64,000 nt of DNA. It comes from Clostridium omnivorum. Lineage in GTDB: Bacteria > Bacillota > Clostridia > Clostridiales > Clostridiaceae. The DNA lies in assembly GCF_026012015.1 (NCBI RefSeq), contig NZ_BRXR01000001.1:3196728-3260727 (forward strand), read 5' to 3'. A program made the translations under genes and the position numbers. Positions 61,117-64,000 of the stretch are shown piece by piece; position 1 is the first letter of the stretch, and every line of letters starts with the position of its first letter. The notes under the pieces are model-generated. The model was given only the letters and a program-made list of their open reading frames with translations. It was not told the origin of the DNA and did not search any database.

Positions 61117-61440
61117 AAAGCGTTAACATAAATAAAAGAATAGATAAAGCATAATACGATTGACTGCTAGTCAGTCATAATATTAACACTTTATACTGTA
61201 ATTTTCAAAACTCACTAAAAGTACTATTCTCTTATTATATGGTAGCGATTAACAATAATAAATATTATTTAGGGGGGCTGAGAATCAAAAAACTAAATAT
61301 TTGTGAAAGCGTTAACATGAGTAAAAGAATAGATGAAGTATCGAACAAAGTGGTTGCTACTGTGTAATACTGCAAGGCTTCACTCCGTACTTTTTAAAAG
61401 TAATATTCTTTTATTTTATGATAACGACTGATAGCAAAAG
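61117..61440. repeat. Two tandem degenerate copies (about 185 bp each) of the 3' end of the DeoD-like gene plus its downstream flank
   Basis: TGTGAAAGCGTTAACAT(A/G)A(A/G)TAAAAGAATAGAT(A/G)AAG occurs at 61119 and 61301 and matches gene-internal TGTGAGAATGTTAATACCAACGAAAGAATAGATGAAG at 60997. Downstream flanks are also alike (AAAAGTA.TATTCT.TTATT.TATG.TA.CGA). Confidence 0.55.
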
Positions 61441-61461
61441 TATATTGAAAAGGGGATGTAA

Positions 61462-64000
61462 AATGAAAATAGCAATGAAACCAAAAAAAGCACGGTTATT
61501 AGCTGTAATGTTATCATGCTTATTAGTACTAAACACGATAATTACACAAACAGCGCTAGCGGCAGCTACTAATGACGTAGTTAATCCGCCTCAATCTACT
61601 GCAGGAAAAACCGAAGTTACATCGTGGAATTTTGGTGCTCTACCTGATGTTACTAATGGTGATTTCGCTGCTACAAGTGGTTATTATAACAACGCCACAA
61701 CTCTTATGCAGTTATACCAAGGTGCTACTCCTGCAAAAGTAACTTCTGGTTTTACTTACTCCACTTCTTCTTTGAAAAATACTGGATTTGAAAAGCCAAG
61801 CTATTGGCTTGTAACAACATCCACTAAAGGATTCAAAGATTTAATATTCAATTTTACTATGTACTCTGCTTCGACAGGTCCTAGGGATTTTAATACAGAG
61901 TGGAGTACGGATGGTACAAACTGGAATGTCTTTGGTAATCTAAATAGTTCTACACAATATACTATTAAGAATCCAAGCAAGCAACTTCAAAATTATGGAA
62001 TGGCTTTACCAGCATCAGCTGAAAATAAAGATGTACTTTACATCAGAGTGGTTAAAGCCTCTGAAGTCCAAGCCAATGGTACAGGAACTATTACAACTTC
62101 AAGTACTAATATTGGTAATAATATTAACGGAATTCAAATATATGGTGCAAAAGACCCATTATATACAACACATGCTGTAACTACAACTAACGATATTTCT
62201 AAGCCAATATTAGACGTTACACCTATAACTTTGTCTTGTACAGATGCAAATGCACAAATTTTCTATACAACAGATGGAACTACTCCAGCTGCAACAGCAG
62301 GTGGTTCTACAAAATTATATAATGGACCTTTCACAGCACTTTCTGAAGGAGGCTTTAAAGGTGCAGATCCATTTGTTGTTAAAGCTGTAGCAAAATCACC
62401 AGAACTTTTACCAAGTGATGAAGTAACTTTATCGTTTAATCAAGAAACTATTACTTCAAATGCAGATGCAAAAAAGCCTGCCGTTGTAGGCACTTATGTA
62501 TGGGTAAAAGGTATTGGTACTTACTCCACTGCAAATAGAACTTTATATATTCAAGATGGTATGAATGTTGGCAGTGGTCTTTGCATTGACAAGTCGGGTG
62601 CAGACTTTAGATCATATGTAGGTAAAGAAATATATGTTCATGGTAGAGCTACACTTTATAATGGTCTAATTGAGATTGTTCCAGATGCTGTTGATGCAAC
62701 AAATGTAATAGTGCGTAATGATAGCCCAGCAATACCAACCCCAACTAAAATTATGTTCGACCAACTTTCAGATAGAGCATATGAGGGAATGTTGGTTGCA
62801 TTCGATACAGTAAAACTTGATAAAATTGGTGGAACAGACGTTGCAAAATTATTTAATCATACAGTTAGCCAGGCGGGCATATCAAGTACATTGCGTGCTA
62901 AGGGTATATCTTCTACAGTTAGTTCAACTGGCTATGTTAATATTAAGAACGCCATTGCAAGCTTTTATAATGGCATACAGATACTTTCTACAAATACATC
63001 AGATTTAGAATCTACAGCCATACCAACTGTTGAGTTCATGACTGCAAATGTAACAAGTGGAGCTGCAGTACCACTAAATTCTAAGGTTACACTTACTACA
63101 ACAACTCCAAATGCAACAATAACTTATAGCTTGAATGGTGGTGCGCCAGTAACAAGTGTCTCAAATTCAATAGATGTTACTATAGATGAATTCAAAGATG
63201 GAAAGGCAATTATTACAGCATCTGCTACAGATGGATCATATACAACAGCAACTCAAACTTTCACTTATACACAAAGTAAAGTTGAAGCTGTATCTGCAAA
63301 ACCAGGTTCTGGTGCAGTTGATCCAACATCATCAATAACATTATCATCAACTACAGCAGATGCAAAAATAGTTTATTCACTATATCAGAATTCTTTTTCA
63401 GATAGTGATGGTACTTTGGTTGGAACTGCTGATCAAGAGTATACAGAGCCTATTCAATTACAAGCAGCATACTTCCCTGTAAGAATAGTTGCAAAAGCAA
63501 CACTTGCAAATTACTTGGATAGTAATGCTGCAACATTCACATACACTGCTAAAAAAGCAGCTGGTGGCGAAAAGAACTACTATGGACAAATACACGGACA
63601 TACAGCAGAGAATTCAGATGGTCAAGGTACTTTGGCAGAGGCAGATGCTTATGCAAGAGACGTAGCTAAGCTTGATTACTTTATATTGACAGACCACTCA
63701 AATTCTTATGATAAAGCTCCAGCTTCAGATACAGCAGCAAGTATTGGTAATATAAATAATTACAATACAACAAACCAACAATGGTTAAATGGTAAAAATG
63801 AAGCTAAAAATGCATCAACATCAACTTTCCTCTGCGATTACGGTTATGAAATGACATGGTCTGGCGGTCCTGGACACATGAATACCTTTAATACAACAGG
63901 TTTTGTTAGCCGTAATAATGCAGAACTTAATAATAAAACTAATGATGCTGGTATGAGGGCTTATTATGAACTGTTAAAAAATACACCAGGATCAATTTCA
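61462..64000 (+). CDS. Large secreted multidomain protein (window-truncated): signal peptide, Fn3/chitobiase-C-like beta domains, C-terminal PHP-type (CehA/McbA-like) metallophosphoesterase domain
   Basis: ATG at 61462 gives a signal peptide KKARLLAVMLSCLLVLNTIITQTALAAA. Repeated IFYTTDGTTP / ITYSLNGGAP motifs are of chitobiase/hexosaminidase C-terminal type. YYGQIHGHTAENSDGQGT...YFILTDHSN resembles PHP His/Asp metal-binding motifs. The frame stays open to the window end. Confidence 0.6.

Noticed and set aside
61100-61440. Whether the tandem 3'-end copies downstream of the DeoD-like gene are a diversity-generating retroelement template/variable repeat pair.
   Set aside because: Differences between copies are not restricted to adenine positions, and no reverse-transcriptase or accessory gene is present. 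The flanking genes are polC and a secreted hydrolase.
1-64000. Looked for CRISPR arrays, insertion sequences, integrases, phage genes, toxin-antitoxin pairs, restriction-modification or other recognisable defence systems.
   Set aside because: No direct-repeat/spacer arrays, transposase, integrase, RT, nuclease-helicase or methyltransferase signatures were seen. The window looks like core chromosome.

Overview
This is an AT-rich, low-GC Firmicute chromosomal window that looks Clostridium-like. The evidence for that is the spore genes (alpha/beta-type SASP, CotF-domain coat protein), a Gram-positive PolC, and a glgBCDAP operon. It is a mostly ordinary core-genome region with no transposases, integrases, CRISPR arrays or rRNA/tRNA genes. 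Recognisable content, in order: a GGDEF fragment, an SDR reductase, an MntR/DtxR regulator, an alpha/beta hydrolase, a TM2-domain plus DUF4097 envelope pair, a TerC-family membrane protein, small hypothetical genes including a Cys-rich protein, and a YhfC-like membrane protease. Next comes a clear lysine riboswitch with an intrinsic terminator in front of an APC amino-acid permease. Then the complete minus-strand glycogen operon glgB-glgC-glgD-glgA-glgP, spore coat and SASP genes, and a two-component system whose kinase and LytTR regulator are separated by an NfeD/FloA flotillin pair. Then SurE, a cyclophilin lipoprotein, a YyaL-like protein lacking its thioredoxin domain, an NlpC/P60 hydrolase, YbjQ plus a second long flotillin, a MATE exporter, YidC, DsdA, GlpQ, a nitroreductase, a second APC permease and three ABC transporter units. 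Then an unusual 442-aa protein with seven 47-aa Trp-rich beta-propeller repeats of tectonin/PLL-lectin type, the xylA-xylR-xylB locus, an isopropylmalate/tartrate-dehydrogenase-family gene and polC. Finally a degenerate DeoD-like nucleoside phosphorylase homolog followed by two tandem degenerate copies of its own 3' end, and the start of a large secreted multidomain PHP-type metallohydrolase. The items most worth a second look are the propeller-lectin protein, the flotillin-interrupted two-component system, the DeoD-like gene with its 3'-end duplications, and the lysine riboswitch.
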